From Candidatus Zixiibacteriota bacterium (GTDB lineage Bacteria; Zixibacteria; MSB-5A5; GN15; FEB-12), in assembly GCA_024280215.1 (NCBI GenBank), contig JAJRQO010000022.1:6910-70909 (forward strand): a stretch of DNA of 64,000 nucleotides, read 5' to 3'. Below are positions 28,839 through 39,057 of the stretch, piece by piece. The position numbers and the translations under genes are program-made. The stretch's first letter is position 1. Every line of letters starts with the position of its first letter. Under the pieces are notes generated by a model. That model saw nothing but the letters and a program-made list of their open reading frames with translations. It did not search any database and was not told the origin of the DNA.

Positions 28839-31451
28839 TTAAAATTTAAATCCAATATGTAGATATACATTTTCTAAATCTTGATTGACGATGCCATATC
28901 CAAAAGTGAACGGTCCAATAGGAGAATCTAAAGAAAGTGATGCTCCTACAGCGTTTCTGAGATTACGTAGTTTAATTTGGTCGGTGCTGTTATACACTTC
29001 TCCAAGGTCGTAGCGAGCGGTGAAATAGATATTGAGTGGTAGGTTTAACCGTATTTCATTGGAGAAGATAAACATTTTATCACCTGACAATTGGTCTTTG
29101 CGGAACCCCGTAAATGAATTCAGTCCACCCAGATAGAACTGTTCCGATATCGGTAATCCCGAGCGTGATGCTCCCAAGGCAAGATGTGGATGGTAGGTAA
29201 AAGACTTGCTAATTGGAATGTAAGTTTCGTGAGATGTATAAAATTTAGTATACTCAATATCACCACCAACAAATTTCCCCACAAACTCTAAACGAAAAAT
29301 ATGTTTATTGCCCGAGCGTGTGAATGGTAACTGGTCAAAATTTTCAAACAGTGATTCAAATTTTAATTTTCGTAAGCCAAATGTTGTCGTGGTAGAAGTC
29401 TCAGAATCGAACACATCACGTTCTTTTATCGAAAGAGTAGCAGAGACTGTTCCGAGTCGTTCAATTTGTTGTCCGATACCTATTTGAAATCCAGTTGTTT
29501 TTTCGTCATGGTATCCAAGAGGACGATCTTCAAAATTGTATAATTGTCGGAGATATCGAGTATGGAAAATTTTAAACTGTGATGTCAGATAAGTTTTGAA
29601 AATCCTATCAGCTTTAAATGAGAAATAAAAGTTTTGACGGTTTGGTGCATAGCGAGCATGCAGTTTGTATTCAAGTCCTATGCCAGCAAAATTATCATTG
29701 AGCAACTCGATAAATTCTTCCGAATCAAACTCATCATCCCAGTGCCAACCGAACCTTAATCTTTTGCTATGTTTTTCCTTGACCCTGATACGCACTACTA
29801 CGCCATCATCAGAGGGGAGTGCATCAACAGTAACTCTTTCAAACAAATCGGTGCCATAAATATTACGAATTCCCTCAGATGCTAATTCAGTTGAATACGA
29901 TTCATTTTTTTTTAGAGGGAAATATGAACGGACGAACCAATCCTTAGTTGTTGTATTGTCTAAGATATTAATTGATTTTATTATCGCTTCGTCAATCTGA
30001 ACCATTAGAGTTGCATCGGACGAATCGATTGAGACAGATTCGATATTAACTAAATCATAATCGTGGGTCTGATACAATTCAAGGATTTTTTCTAATCCAT
30101 TCTGAATGATTTTAGGAGTTATAGGGGTGTTTTCTATCGTGAATAAATTTGCTAATTCCAAATCTCTGAAAATAGTGTTACCCGAAAATTGAAGTTTGAA
30201 TTTTTTAGCTTGAAAATTTTTGAATCCATCTATACTAATAGCTTTTAAAGCTACTTGTGATGAGTCAGAATTCATGTCATGTAAAGTTGCCGTTAATTTG
30301 AAAAAATTATTTTTGAGCGAAAACTGTTTGAGAATTTTTGTCAGTTTTTCAAGTGTCAATTTTTTATGAAATAATAATTTTTGGATTTTATTCAATTCAG
30401 ACGTTGTCAATGATTTCGAATCGATATTATAAATTTCACAAAAAGAAATTGATTGTGCTTCAGCAAGCATTGCAATGATTTTATCAGCAGCTTTGATTCC
30501 CTCGTAGTATCCGATAGCAATCAGGGTATCTTTTTTTTCAAATTGAGCATTGTGATAGTCATCAATTGGTGGACAAATCACATAGTCTGCTTTTTCAAGC
30601 TGTTCTTGAAGTTTGTCAGCCATCATAATTGAAGTGACCTGATTGGCTATATCTATTGGAGTTATAATCTCGTCTTTTTTAGCAAGTTTACTTGATGTAT
30701 TGATAGCAACAACAAACTGAGATTTCGTGGTGAGTGTTCTTGCTAAATCTACAGGAATCGGGTTAACCATTCCGCCATCCATAAGAATCCTCCCATCGAT
30801 TTCAATCCCAGTAAATGCAAGCGGGAATGCCATCGTTGCTCGCATTGCTTCGGCAATCGACCCATTTTGTAATATTACTTGTTCGCCACTTACAATATCA
30901 GTGCTAACAGTTAGAAATGGAATAGGTAATTTCGAAAAATCGGCATCACACTTGTATAATGCTTTTGTTGTTTGGCGTGTTAAGAGTGAAGTTAATTTTT
31001 GACCTGATGTTAAGGCTTTTGGTAAGACAGGTTTGAATTTATCAAATCGAATTGAGAGCAGATGTTGTTCATTTTCTTCCCGTTTAGTTAAAAACATAGA
31101 ATTGCGAGGAGGAGAATTTGCAAATAGAGTATTGAAATTTAACTCATTGGCAAATTCTTCGATTTCAAGAGGAGTGTAGCCAGAGGCATACAGCCCGCCA
31201 ATAATTCCACCCATTGATGTACCTGCGATACCGACGACTTCGATGTTTTTTTCTTCAAACGCTTTTAGAACACCAATTATGGTCATTCCTCTTGCCCCAC
31301 CACCAGATAAAGCGAGTAGAACTCGGAATTTATTTTCCTGCACATGTGGGTTTTGTCCGTCGAGACCACCAATAACGATTGTTTCATCGGCTAATATTGA
31401 CTGTGACGAAAAGATTATAATTAAATATAGAAAAAAGCTGATAATTTTCAC
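28839..31451 (-). CDS. Patatin-like phospholipase fused to POTRA + Omp85-type beta-barrel (PlpD-like, type Vd architecture)
   Basis: Signal peptide. Patatin motifs GGGARG, GTSMGG (GxSxG) and MDGG (catalytic Asp). The C-terminal ~300 aa are beta-barrel-like and end in HIGFKF. Confidence 0.85.
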   Translation of the reverse strand: MKIISFFLYLIIIFSSQSILADETIVIGGLDGQNPHVQENKFRVLLALSGGGARGMTIIGVLKAFEEKNIEVVGIAGTSMGGIIGGLYASGYTPLEIEEFANELNFNTLFANSPPRNSMFLTKREENEQHLLSIRFDKFKPVLPKALTSGQKLTSLLTRQTTKALYKCDADFSKLPIPFLTVSTDIVSGEQVILQNGSIAEAMRATMAFPLAFTGIEIDGRILMDGGMVNPIPVDLARTLTTKSQFVVAINTSSKLAKKDEIITPIDIANQVTSIMMADKLQEQLEKADYVICPPIDDYHNAQFEKKDTLIAIGYYEGIKAADKIIAMLAEAQSISFCEIYNIDSKSLTTSELNKIQKLLFHKKLTLEKLTKILKQFSLKNNFFKLTATLHDMNSDSSQVALKAISIDGFKNFQAKKFKLQFSGNTIFRDLELANLFTIENTPITPKIIQNGLEKILELYQTHDYDLVNIESVSIDSSDATLMVQIDEAIIKSINILDNTTTKDWFVRSYFPLKKNESYSTELASEGIRNIYGTDLFERVTVDALPSDDGVVVRIRVKEKHSKRLRFGWHWDDEFDSEEFIELLNDNFAGIGLEYKLHARYAPNRQNFYFSFKADRIFKTYLTSQFKIFHTRYLRQLYNFEDRPLGYHDEKTTGFQIGIGQQIERLGTVSATLSIKERDVFDSETSTTTTFGLRKLKFESLFENFDQLPFTRSGNKHIFRLEFVGKFVGGDIEYTKFYTSHETYIPISKSFTYHPHLALGASRSGLPISEQFYLGGLNSFTGFRKDQLSGDKMFIFSNEIRLNLPLNIYFTARYDLGEVYNSTDQIKLRNLRNAVGASLSLDSPIGPFTFGYGIVNQDLENVYLHIGFKF

Positions 31452-31516
31452 TTGCTATACACTCATAAGTTTAACTTCATTAGGGGAAGATACAATTATT
31501 TATAGAGGTTATACAA

Positions 31517-32299
31517 GTGGCAATTACAAGAAATGAATTAAAATTAGTAAAAACTTATTTGACTAAAAAAGGTCGGAAAACTCATAAGAAATTTCTCGCT
31601 GAAGGGGTTCGTCTGCTTGAGGATGCTTTTCGTCATCAGATTAATCCACAGGTCATTTATTATAGTAAATCTCATATAGATGTGAGAATCGAACATCTGC
31701 TGATGAATCTGAAGAAAAAAGAAGTACCTATTACACAAGTTTCGTCAAATGATATAAAACAGCTCTCTGATACAAAGTCTCCACAAGGTGTTGTTGGTGT
31801 ATTTAAAATGTTTGAACAGACCGCCGATGAATCTTTATCACGAAAAATCCGTAAGGTATTATGGTGTGAAAATGTATCAGACCCTGGCAATGTAGGTACT
31901 TTACTTCGTTCGGCTTTGGCATTCGGGTATCAGACAATTTTTGTGAGTGGTGATACGGCTGATATTTATTCTCCAAAAGTAGTCCGTTCTACAATGGGGG
32001 CGATTTTTAAACTGCATATTGTAAAAGATGAGACAAATAATCTTTTTAAACTTGTAGGGAAAAACAACTATAAGTTAGTTGCATCTGAAATGCATGGAAA
32101 ACCGATACATTTTGTAAAAAAACAGATAAAATCTGACCGTTTTGTTTTAGCAGTAGGTTCAGAAGGATTTGGATTATCGGATGAAATAAAAGCAAAAGCA
32201 GATTACTCTGTTCGGATTGACCATCATGATGCGGTTGAATCGCTAAATGTTGCTGTTGCTGGTTCTATTTTGATGAATGATTTACAAAAAGATGGATAG
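31517..32299 (+). CDS. TrmH/SpoU-family RNA 2'-O-methyltransferase (RlmB-like)
   Basis: 260 aa. SpoU motifs NVSDPGNVGTLLRSA, LAVGSEGFGLS and ESLNVAVAGSI. GTG start. Confidence 0.85.
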   Translation: MAITRNELKLVKTYLTKKGRKTHKKFLAEGVRLLEDAFRHQINPQVIYYSKSHIDVRIEHLLMNLKKKEVPITQVSSNDIKQLSDTKSPQGVVGVFKMFEQTADESLSRKIRKVLWCENVSDPGNVGTLLRSALAFGYQTIFVSGDTADIYSPKVVRSTMGAIFKLHIVKDETNNLFKLVGKNNYKLVASEMHGKPIHFVKKQIKSDRFVLAVGSEGFGLSDEIKAKADYSVRIDHHDAVESLNVAVAGSILMNDLQKDG

Positions 32300-32310
32300 A
32301 GGTCTTACAT

Positions 32311-33366
32311 ATGAAATTTAAAATTATCTCTTATCTTATAATAATACTCTTGTGTGTAGGAACTTTATCAGCACAGCAAGTTATACAAGTATCTGATAAT
32401 TTTTACCAGACAAGAGAGATAAAAAAAATTGCAAAGCTTTCTAAAGAAAGTAAAATAAATATTCAGGCTGCGGCTGGATTGACAGGTTCAATAAAAATTG
32501 AGACAACAGAAGAAGATGTTGCTACAATAATATACGTCAAACAGGCGAAGCATAAATCAAAGTCAAAAGCAATTGATTTTATTGATATTATCTCTGTTGA
32601 ATTTGAGTTAACGCACAATGGACTTCGAATTGATTTGAGAGCTCCAAATCCTGCTCCATGGAGTGGTTCTAATTATTCTGGCTCAGTTGAGGTTCTACTT
32701 ACTATACCAGAATTTTGTAATCTTGAATTTGATGCCCAAGCTTTTGATATTGATGCTGAGGGACCATTTGATTCATTCGTCTTACCAGCGTCCTATGGAC
32801 GGATTTATGTAGAAAACGTAGTGAAATCTTTGGAATTGACTGTATCCAATCGGAAAGTTACTGCTCGAAATCTTTCGGGTGATGTTTATATTTCAACTTC
32901 ACATGCTGCTCTACAAGTTGATAAAGTTCATTCTCCACATTCTAAAATTGAGTTAGAAAATGATGGTGGGGATATTAAAGTTGTTGATGTTGTTGGCGAA
33001 TTAGAGATTAGAAATTCGTACGGTCGTATTGATGTGCGGAAATTTCATCCGATGGGGAACTACAATCATATTCGTTCAACAAATGGACCAATAACAATTG
33101 AGGTCTCTGAATTTTCAACTACTAAACTTATTGTCACAAACAGTTATGAAGATATAGAGATTTTGATGCCTGAAGATATTTCTGCGACTTTATCGTTGGC
33201 AGTCGAAGAGGGAAGTAAAATTGAAGTGACCGATTTTTCGACAAAACCTGACTTTATCCAAAAAAACAGACTTACTTTAATTGCTGGAGATGGAGTTGCT
33301 AAGGTTAATAGCTCTATTCGTGGTCATGGAAATATTTATCTAAGAGGTTTTACAAAAGGAGAGTAA
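32311..33366 (+). CDS. DUF4097-like (putative adhesin, beta-helical) secreted protein
   Basis: Signal peptide. Repeated G-x-I-x-V / N-G-x-I strand pattern (GGDIKVV, YGRIDV, NGPITIEV, GHGNIYL). Confidence 0.55.
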   Translation: MKFKIISYLIIILLCVGTLSAQQVIQVSDNFYQTREIKKIAKLSKESKINIQAAAGLTGSIKIETTEEDVATIIYVKQAKHKSKSKAIDFIDIISVEFELTHNGLRIDLRAPNPAPWSGSNYSGSVEVLLTIPEFCNLEFDAQAFDIDAEGPFDSFVLPASYGRIYVENVVKSLELTVSNRKVTARNLSGDVYISTSHAALQVDKVHSPHSKIELENDGGDIKVVDVVGELEIRNSYGRIDVRKFHPMGNYNHIRSTNGPITIEVSEFSTTKLIVTNSYEDIEILMPEDISATLSLAVEEGSKIEVTDFSTKPDFIQKNRLTLIAGDGVAKVNSSIRGHGNIYLRGFTKGE

Positions 33367-33368
33367 TC

Positions 33369-35792
33369 TTGCGTAATACAATATATGTTCTGTTAGCGTT
33401 TTTATTTTTAACTCAAATATCATCTGCCCAAAGATTGGATTTGCCCGAAGAGCTTTTTTACTACCAACCAGCGGCAGCTGTTTTTGGTTCTGAAGCAACA
33501 TGGATAAACCCTGCAGGACTTTCTTTGTACCGAGCATCCGATGCTCAGGTGTTTGCGGAGTTCTACAAAGGTGATTTTGCCAAAAGCTGGGGAACTGTCT
33601 TTACCCGTGATGGATTTGGTATCGCTTATCGAAAAATAAATGTAGAAAATGATACTGACTTTAAAGAGTATCTTTTTTCTGGAGGTATGCAGGTAGGTCA
33701 AGATATGAGTTTTGGACTTTCGTATCAGTACATCAAAGAAGCTCCTGAATTATATAATAAAAAACATCTCTGGAATATCGGTCTGCTCGGAACTTTAAAT
33801 CCTCAATACCGTTGGGGGATAGTTCTCTCAAACCTGAATAATTCAACAATTGATAATATCAAAACAGAAGTTGAGATGCGTTACTCCTTGGCATACAGAC
33901 CGAGTGGTACAAAATTTACTATCGCTGTTGATGCATTTCTTTCTACAAAGACAAAATGGAGAAACGCCGATTTTATCTATAATGCGACATTTAACCCGAT
34001 ACCTGGTTTGTATGTAAACGGTCTTATTGATAGTGAGAAAAATTTTGAAATTGGTTTTCGTGTAAATTTCTTCAAATCATTTATCGGAGCAAGAAGAACA
34101 GCTCATAAAAATGGTCACCACCGAGGAACGACACTTTTCTATGGATCTACTAATAAACGACAAGAATCAATTGTCAAAGAAAAAAAACGAAGACTGCTGA
34201 CAAATATATCGGGACAGCCCAATGAAAACCCGTCGAAACCTTTTATAGGCAGACAACAACAATCATATTTACATCTTTTGACTGATATCTATCGAGCTGC
34301 CGATGATGACTCTATAGATGAGATGATTGTTTCACTCAAAAAACTTTCACTTGGATTTGCTCAAGCGGAAGAACTACGTGCGGCACTCAAAAATTTTAAA
34401 TCTAAAAAAAAAAGAATAATCTGCCATCTTTCGTATCCAAATAATCTTTCCTATTATGTTGCTTCTGTGTGTGACAAAATTATTATTCCTCCAGTTTCAC
34501 AGTTAAGACTTGTTGGGTTAAAAGCAGAGTTGACGTTTTTCGCTGGTACACTTGAGAAGTTAGGTGCAAAAGTTGAGTTATTAAAAATTGGTGACTATAA
34601 AACAGCAGCAGAAACATTCACACAAGAGACCTCCTCGAAAGCCAACAAAGAACAAATCAACAGACTACTTGATAATTTATATGAGCAGTTTGTCGCTGAT
34701 ATTGCTCTTGGTCGTTCTCTTTCTGTTGATAAGGTAAAAAAACTGATTGACCAAGGACCTTTTACAAGTACAGATGCTTTAGATGCTGGACTTGTTGATG
34801 GTGTCGCATATTTGGATGAGTTACAAAATATTGAAGTTCTCCGTGAATATTATCCTGAATTTGAATATAAATCAATTCCAGAAATTACTATTGCTGCCTA
34901 TCATGCTGATACGATTCTCTCTCATTCATGGGAGAAAAAACCAGTCATTGCTGTTATTGTTGCCCAAGGTGAAGTACAACCCGATGGTGCTTCATCGATG
35001 TTTGGTAGTAAGTCCGATGTAACTCCAGCTCTCATGAAAATATCTCTTAGGCAGGCAATGGCAAACCGACAAACAAAAGCGATTCTATTACGAATCAATT
35101 CCCCTGGTGGAGCTGCCTTAGCTGGAGAAGAAATCTATCATGCATTTAACAAAAATTCAGCTGTTCCAATGACCGTTTCAATGGGCAATGTTGCCGCATC
35201 GGGTGGGTACTATTTTGCTATGGCAGGAACAAAACTTTTTGCCAATCGCTCAACGATTACTGGTTCAATTGGAATTTTTGGTGGTAAGGTTGATTTGAGT
35301 GGGTTGCATGAGAAACTTGCATTGAAGAAAGAACTATATTTACGTGGGAAATATGCGGGGATGATGACTACGATGAAACCATTTACAATTGCTGAACGGG
35401 AAAAATATTTTTATCATTTATCAAGTATGTATAGTCACTTTATCGAACTTGTTGCCGAGAACCGTGCTTTACCCGTTGACTCTATTGACAATCTTGGACA
35501 GGGGAGAGTCTGGGTTGGGAGTGAAGCAAATCAAAATGGGTTGATTGATGAAATTGGAGGATTTAAAGATGCGCTTGATTATATTGCTTATAACGAAAAC
35601 TTATCATGCTACAATATAGAAATATATCCTCAGAAAAGACCTTTCATTATTTTGCCTGGAGGTTCACTTTTTTCTTCGATGGCTCATCTTTTTCAATCTG
35701 GTTCGGTTGTTGACTTTGTAGATGAAAAATTAAAACTTTTGAATACTGAGCAATTTTATACTCGAATGCCATTTGATATTTCAATAGAATAA
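33369..35792 (+). CDS. sppA: Signal peptide peptidase SppA (67K, two-domain type) with an extra ~270-aa N-terminal beta-rich PorV/PorQ-like domain
   Basis: The C-terminal ~530 aa show two ClpP/crotonase-like SppA halves (LRINSPGGAALAGE, GNVAASGGYYFAM). The N-terminus has a signal peptide and an EATWINPAGLS motif. Confidence 0.85.
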   Translation: MRNTIYVLLAFLFLTQISSAQRLDLPEELFYYQPAAAVFGSEATWINPAGLSLYRASDAQVFAEFYKGDFAKSWGTVFTRDGFGIAYRKINVENDTDFKEYLFSGGMQVGQDMSFGLSYQYIKEAPELYNKKHLWNIGLLGTLNPQYRWGIVLSNLNNSTIDNIKTEVEMRYSLAYRPSGTKFTIAVDAFLSTKTKWRNADFIYNATFNPIPGLYVNGLIDSEKNFEIGFRVNFFKSFIGARRTAHKNGHHRGTTLFYGSTNKRQESIVKEKKRRLLTNISGQPNENPSKPFIGRQQQSYLHLLTDIYRAADDDSIDEMIVSLKKLSLGFAQAEELRAALKNFKSKKKRIICHLSYPNNLSYYVASVCDKIIIPPVSQLRLVGLKAELTFFAGTLEKLGAKVELLKIGDYKTAAETFTQETSSKANKEQINRLLDNLYEQFVADIALGRSLSVDKVKKLIDQGPFTSTDALDAGLVDGVAYLDELQNIEVLREYYPEFEYKSIPEITIAAYHADTILSHSWEKKPVIAVIVAQGEVQPDGASSMFGSKSDVTPALMKISLRQAMANRQTKAILLRINSPGGAALAGEEIYHAFNKNSAVPMTVSMGNVAASGGYYFAMAGTKLFANRSTITGSIGIFGGKVDLSGLHEKLALKKELYLRGKYAGMMTTMKPFTIAEREKYFYHLSSMYSHFIELVAENRALPVDSIDNLGQGRVWVGSEANQNGLIDEIGGFKDALDYIAYNENLSCYNIEIYPQKRPFIILPGGSLFSSMAHLFQSGSVVDFVDEKLKLLNTEQFYTRMPFDISIE

Positions 35793-35823
35793 AAAAAGCG
35801 AAACCATGATAGTTTCGCTTTTT
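35791..35823. terminator. Bidirectional rho-independent terminator between convergent sppA and the pilX-like gene
   Basis: A7 - agcgaaac - catgata - gtttcgct - T5, read directly. Confidence 0.75.
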
Positions 35824-35842
35824 CGATTGTAGATATTATCGT

Positions 35843-37501
35843 TCAATTCTCATCTTCACCTTGGTAGATGTTAGTGTAACCAATATCAGATTGACTCCAA
35901 CCAGTCCTTTGGAAAATTCTTACAACAGGTGATTCAGGTGGTAGATTGGCAGGGTCATCAAGGTCAGTATCATATTGCCAATTTCTTATTGGCGGAGAGT
36001 AGTATGTACCATTCCATGTAGAATTTGCTTGTTGGGCATACCAAAGGTTTACCATAGAACCTTTCCAATTAAAGCTTTTACCCGACCAAACTTCTAAAAA
36101 ACGCGGGAGATTTTCAAATCCACCATTATAATTTGATGAAGTAGTTTCGATATTACCTGTCATGATTGAGGCATTAACATCTGTGTCTACTGCTATTCGA
36201 TTATTTTTATATAAATTACTCTTTGAATCATCAAAAGCACTTGATAAAAATGTCACTGCATCACCCATGATTGATGCAGGCTTTTTATTTGTTGAATTAA
36301 AATCTCCATAGGTATAGACTGGGTTTTCCGATGCAATCGTTAAAGCATCACCCAGTTCGGCAGCATTATTGATTCTAAGAGCTGGAAAATCTCCATTGTT
36401 ATCAGCAAAGTAAACAACACCATTGTCAGGAGCATATCCTTCACTATATAATAGACCAATATCAAATTCAGTGACATCTACCCATTTTTTATCTCGAGCA
36501 TCATAGAACTGATTGTTCTTTTTTTCAATGATACCTTTAGCCGTCATATCAGCAGTAACATTATTCCACACACCACCGACTAACTGAAAAGCTTCACCAT
36601 CAATAATTTTAAGAGTTGCTTTGTTTTCATATGAATCAGAATTTCCACCATCTTCACGTTCTATTAATTTATGGGCATCATCAGTTCCATTAAGGGGAAC
36701 ATTTAATTTTTCTTGCCCATGAGTAGAATCCTGAACACGACCATTCCAACGTGCAATTGAAGAATCATACCAATGAGAATCATCAGATTCAAGCCAAGCT
36801 GATCCCTCTTTCATACTTATGTAATCTCCTGACCCATCTTTAATCCGAACATCACCTGATGATACTCCCCCAGCACCTTTACGACCATGATGGATATTAC
36901 CAGCAGCAGTCACATAGCTGTCAATATTAAGTGTGTTCCCAGCTTGTAGCCAAAGGGAACCATTAGAATGAACCCTACCCAATAGTGACATGGTTGGTCC
37001 AGGTGCAATTTCTAAATCATTACCATAGAAAACGGCAAACTGAAAAATTGGGACTAATGCTCGTTCAAATGTTTGCGAGAGTTTAACAGATGCATTGTCA
37101 ATTTGACTAACAGCAGTAGCTTGCATGGCGTATGATTTTACTTGTGCATGGAGTCCCGCAAGAGTGCCATTACTTAAAGTTTTAATTTCAACAGGTCCTA
37201 AATCAACTGTCTCATATGAATAGTCTGAACCGTTTATATTGCCAGATCCTTCTGGCATTGTTGTTGTGATTGTACCTACTGAATCAGAGAGGAAATGTAA
37301 TCTTGCCGCAGCAGTTTCAAGTGCGGCTTCAGCAGAATAAAAAGCTTTGCTTTCCTGAAGTTCATTACCAGTTATAGTTACTTCATCATTAGATCTTGAC
37401 ATTGCAGCTAATCCTATAAGTGTAAGCATACCAACCATGATTAAAGCAATAAGAGCAGCAAAACCTTTCTCAGAATTTATTACTTGTGAAAATTTCATCA
37501 T
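35843..37501 (-). CDS. Large PilX-like minor pilin / pilus-tip protein (cassette 1)
   Basis: 552 aa. N-terminus EKGFAALIALIMVGMLTLIGLAAM...AFYSAEAALE matches the PilX_N-type hydrophobic helix. Last gene of the triad. Confidence 0.65.
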   Translation of the reverse strand: MMKFSQVINSEKGFAALIALIMVGMLTLIGLAAMSRSNDEVTITGNELQESKAFYSAEAALETAAARLHFLSDSVGTITTTMPEGSGNINGSDYSYETVDLGPVEIKTLSNGTLAGLHAQVKSYAMQATAVSQIDNASVKLSQTFERALVPIFQFAVFYGNDLEIAPGPTMSLLGRVHSNGSLWLQAGNTLNIDSYVTAAGNIHHGRKGAGGVSSGDVRIKDGSGDYISMKEGSAWLESDDSHWYDSSIARWNGRVQDSTHGQEKLNVPLNGTDDAHKLIEREDGGNSDSYENKATLKIIDGEAFQLVGGVWNNVTADMTAKGIIEKKNNQFYDARDKKWVDVTEFDIGLLYSEGYAPDNGVVYFADNNGDFPALRINNAAELGDALTIASENPVYTYGDFNSTNKKPASIMGDAVTFLSSAFDDSKSNLYKNNRIAVDTDVNASIMTGNIETTSSNYNGGFENLPRFLEVWSGKSFNWKGSMVNLWYAQQANSTWNGTYYSPPIRNWQYDTDLDDPANLPPESPVVRIFQRTGWSQSDIGYTNIYQGEDEN

Positions 37502-37516
37502 ATACCTCTGGCTTTC

Positions 37517-38338
37517 TTAGATTCCAACATTGCGTAAAAATACGGAAGTATTATATGTTCGTTCCCGAAAAACTCGATTTTCATCATTACTACCCTCAGC
37601 ATGAGGGGAATTAGATCGTGCCGACAGCTCGATTAGTACTTCTCTAATATTTTCCGCGATGAGCGGTACATCAACAGTCATACCATTTTTTAATTTATAC
37701 TGAAATTGTAAATCAAAAACATTATCAGCATATATTTGAGGAGTTTGTCCCATGATTTCAATCATCAACTTTGGATGCTCCACATCGGTTGTGTTATCTA
37801 TGTAAAACTTTACTTGAGTCATGGCAAAGACGAGGGCGTTTACATCATATGTTCTTGAAAGTGACATAGTATTATGTTGTAATTGTAATGTTGCTGTTTG
37901 TACTTGAGTAATTTCAAGCCATTCCCCTTTTGCGGAGTCGGCATCAAAAATATAAATCCATTGTCCATTATAAAAACAGGAAATATCTGAACCACATTTT
38001 AATTCTGCCGATGTGTTTGGCGTCGGTGCCGATAAATATGTGTCACAACCTGAATTTTGATATGTCAATACGATAGTATCTGGGTTAGTATCATACGCCT
38101 CGATGCCTTCAAGCCCTAAAGGAAGTTCATAGCCAGCCATACGAATCTGACGCGAAAGTTCATCTAATGACGCTCGGGCGTTTTGTTGTATGTCGGTGAC
38201 ATCATCTTGGATAAGATAGTTCTCATGTTGGTTCACATAAACACCCAATATTGAAGCAGTCACGATACCAGTAATGACAAGTGAAATGAGAGTTTCAAGT
38301 AAGGTGAAACCTTTTGGGTTATCTTTAATTATTTTCAT
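37517..38338 (-). CDS. PilW-like minor pilin (cassette 1)
   Basis: 273 aa. Prepilin class III signal KGFTLLETLISLVITGIV with Glu at +5 after the Gly cleavage site. DIQQNARASLDELSRQIRMAGY is typical of PilW. Confidence 0.75.
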   Translation of the reverse strand: MKIIKDNPKGFTLLETLISLVITGIVTASILGVYVNQHENYLIQDDVTDIQQNARASLDELSRQIRMAGYELPLGLEGIEAYDTNPDTIVLTYQNSGCDTYLSAPTPNTSAELKCGSDISCFYNGQWIYIFDADSAKGEWLEITQVQTATLQLQHNTMSLSRTYDVNALVFAMTQVKFYIDNTTDVEHPKLMIEIMGQTPQIYADNVFDLQFQYKLKNGMTVDVPLIAENIREVLIELSARSNSPHAEGSNDENRVFRERTYNTSVFLRNVGI

Positions 38339-38348
38339 AGTTCACCTC

Positions 38349-38723
38349 TTATAATGAATCTGTTTTAACAAATGATGTTATACTGCTTGAGACTTCATAA
38401 CCTTGTATATTTTGCCATGTTGCGGTAACATCAATTTGTTTGAGATGTTGGGCAGCACTCGATACTGTCCAGGCTCTTGAAATTCCAGCAGTTGTATCAA
38501 AGCCACTAACCGATGAATTCAGATTCGGGACATTTCGTAACTGTTCTAACTTTTCTTGGATAGCTTGTGTGGCAGCAGTATTTTTATTCGACCAGTCATT
38601 ACCATCTAAGGCAACCATCGACATATTGAGAAGCACCAGCAAAGCCATACCTAAAATTATCATGGCTACAAGTACTTCTAAAAGTGAAATACCGTTGTTC
38701 TCATATAATTTTTGTATCTTCAT
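38349..38723 (-). CDS. PilV-like minor pilin (cassette 1)
   Basis: 124 aa. N-terminus NNGISLLEVLVAMIILGMAL (prepilin-type methylation motif). Confidence 0.75.
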   Translation of the reverse strand: MKIQKLYENNGISLLEVLVAMIILGMALLVLLNMSMVALDGNDWSNKNTAATQAIQEKLEQLRNVPNLNSSVSGFDTTAGISRAWTVSSAAQHLKQIDVTATWQNIQGYEVSSSITSFVKTDSL

Positions 38724-39003
38724 TACTATTCCTTTTCCTAATTACTGACATATAGAGTAAATTCCATACCGAATGATAATAAAAAGGCATTCTATATTGG
38801 TATTGTCTCATACTATATTATCGGACAATAAATTAGGGGATCTTAATTAAAAGAGGAGAAGATGGAAAATAGTTTTAATAATCTATTATCTTCAATAAAA
38901 AGTAGTTTAATATCAGAGAGATATAGGAATATTCCCACACACTAACATGAAGTTTTTTTATGTTGAAGATAGAATTTGTCTTGTATCTAAGGTAAATAAT
39001 TAT

Positions 39004-39035
39004 ACAGATAGGGTCTTGGATGTGACCCTATCTGT
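39004..39035 (-). terminator. Strong hairpin (12-bp perfect stem) just downstream of cassette 2; probable terminator or attenuator separating the two cassettes
   Basis: acagatagggtc-ttggatgt-gaccctatctgt, 23 nt after the stop at 39058. The downstream tract on the minus strand is AT-rich but not a clean U-run. Confidence 0.5.
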
Positions 39036-39057
39036 AAGTTGTAAATCAATACAGAAC

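Noticed and set aside
38861-38945. 27-codon plus-strand ORF (MENSFNNLLSSIKSS...) with an AGAGGAG-like SD between the two pilin cassettes
   Set aside because: It is very short, on the opposite strand to all neighbouring genes, and unsupported by any motif. It is noted only as a candidate for ribosome-profiling data.
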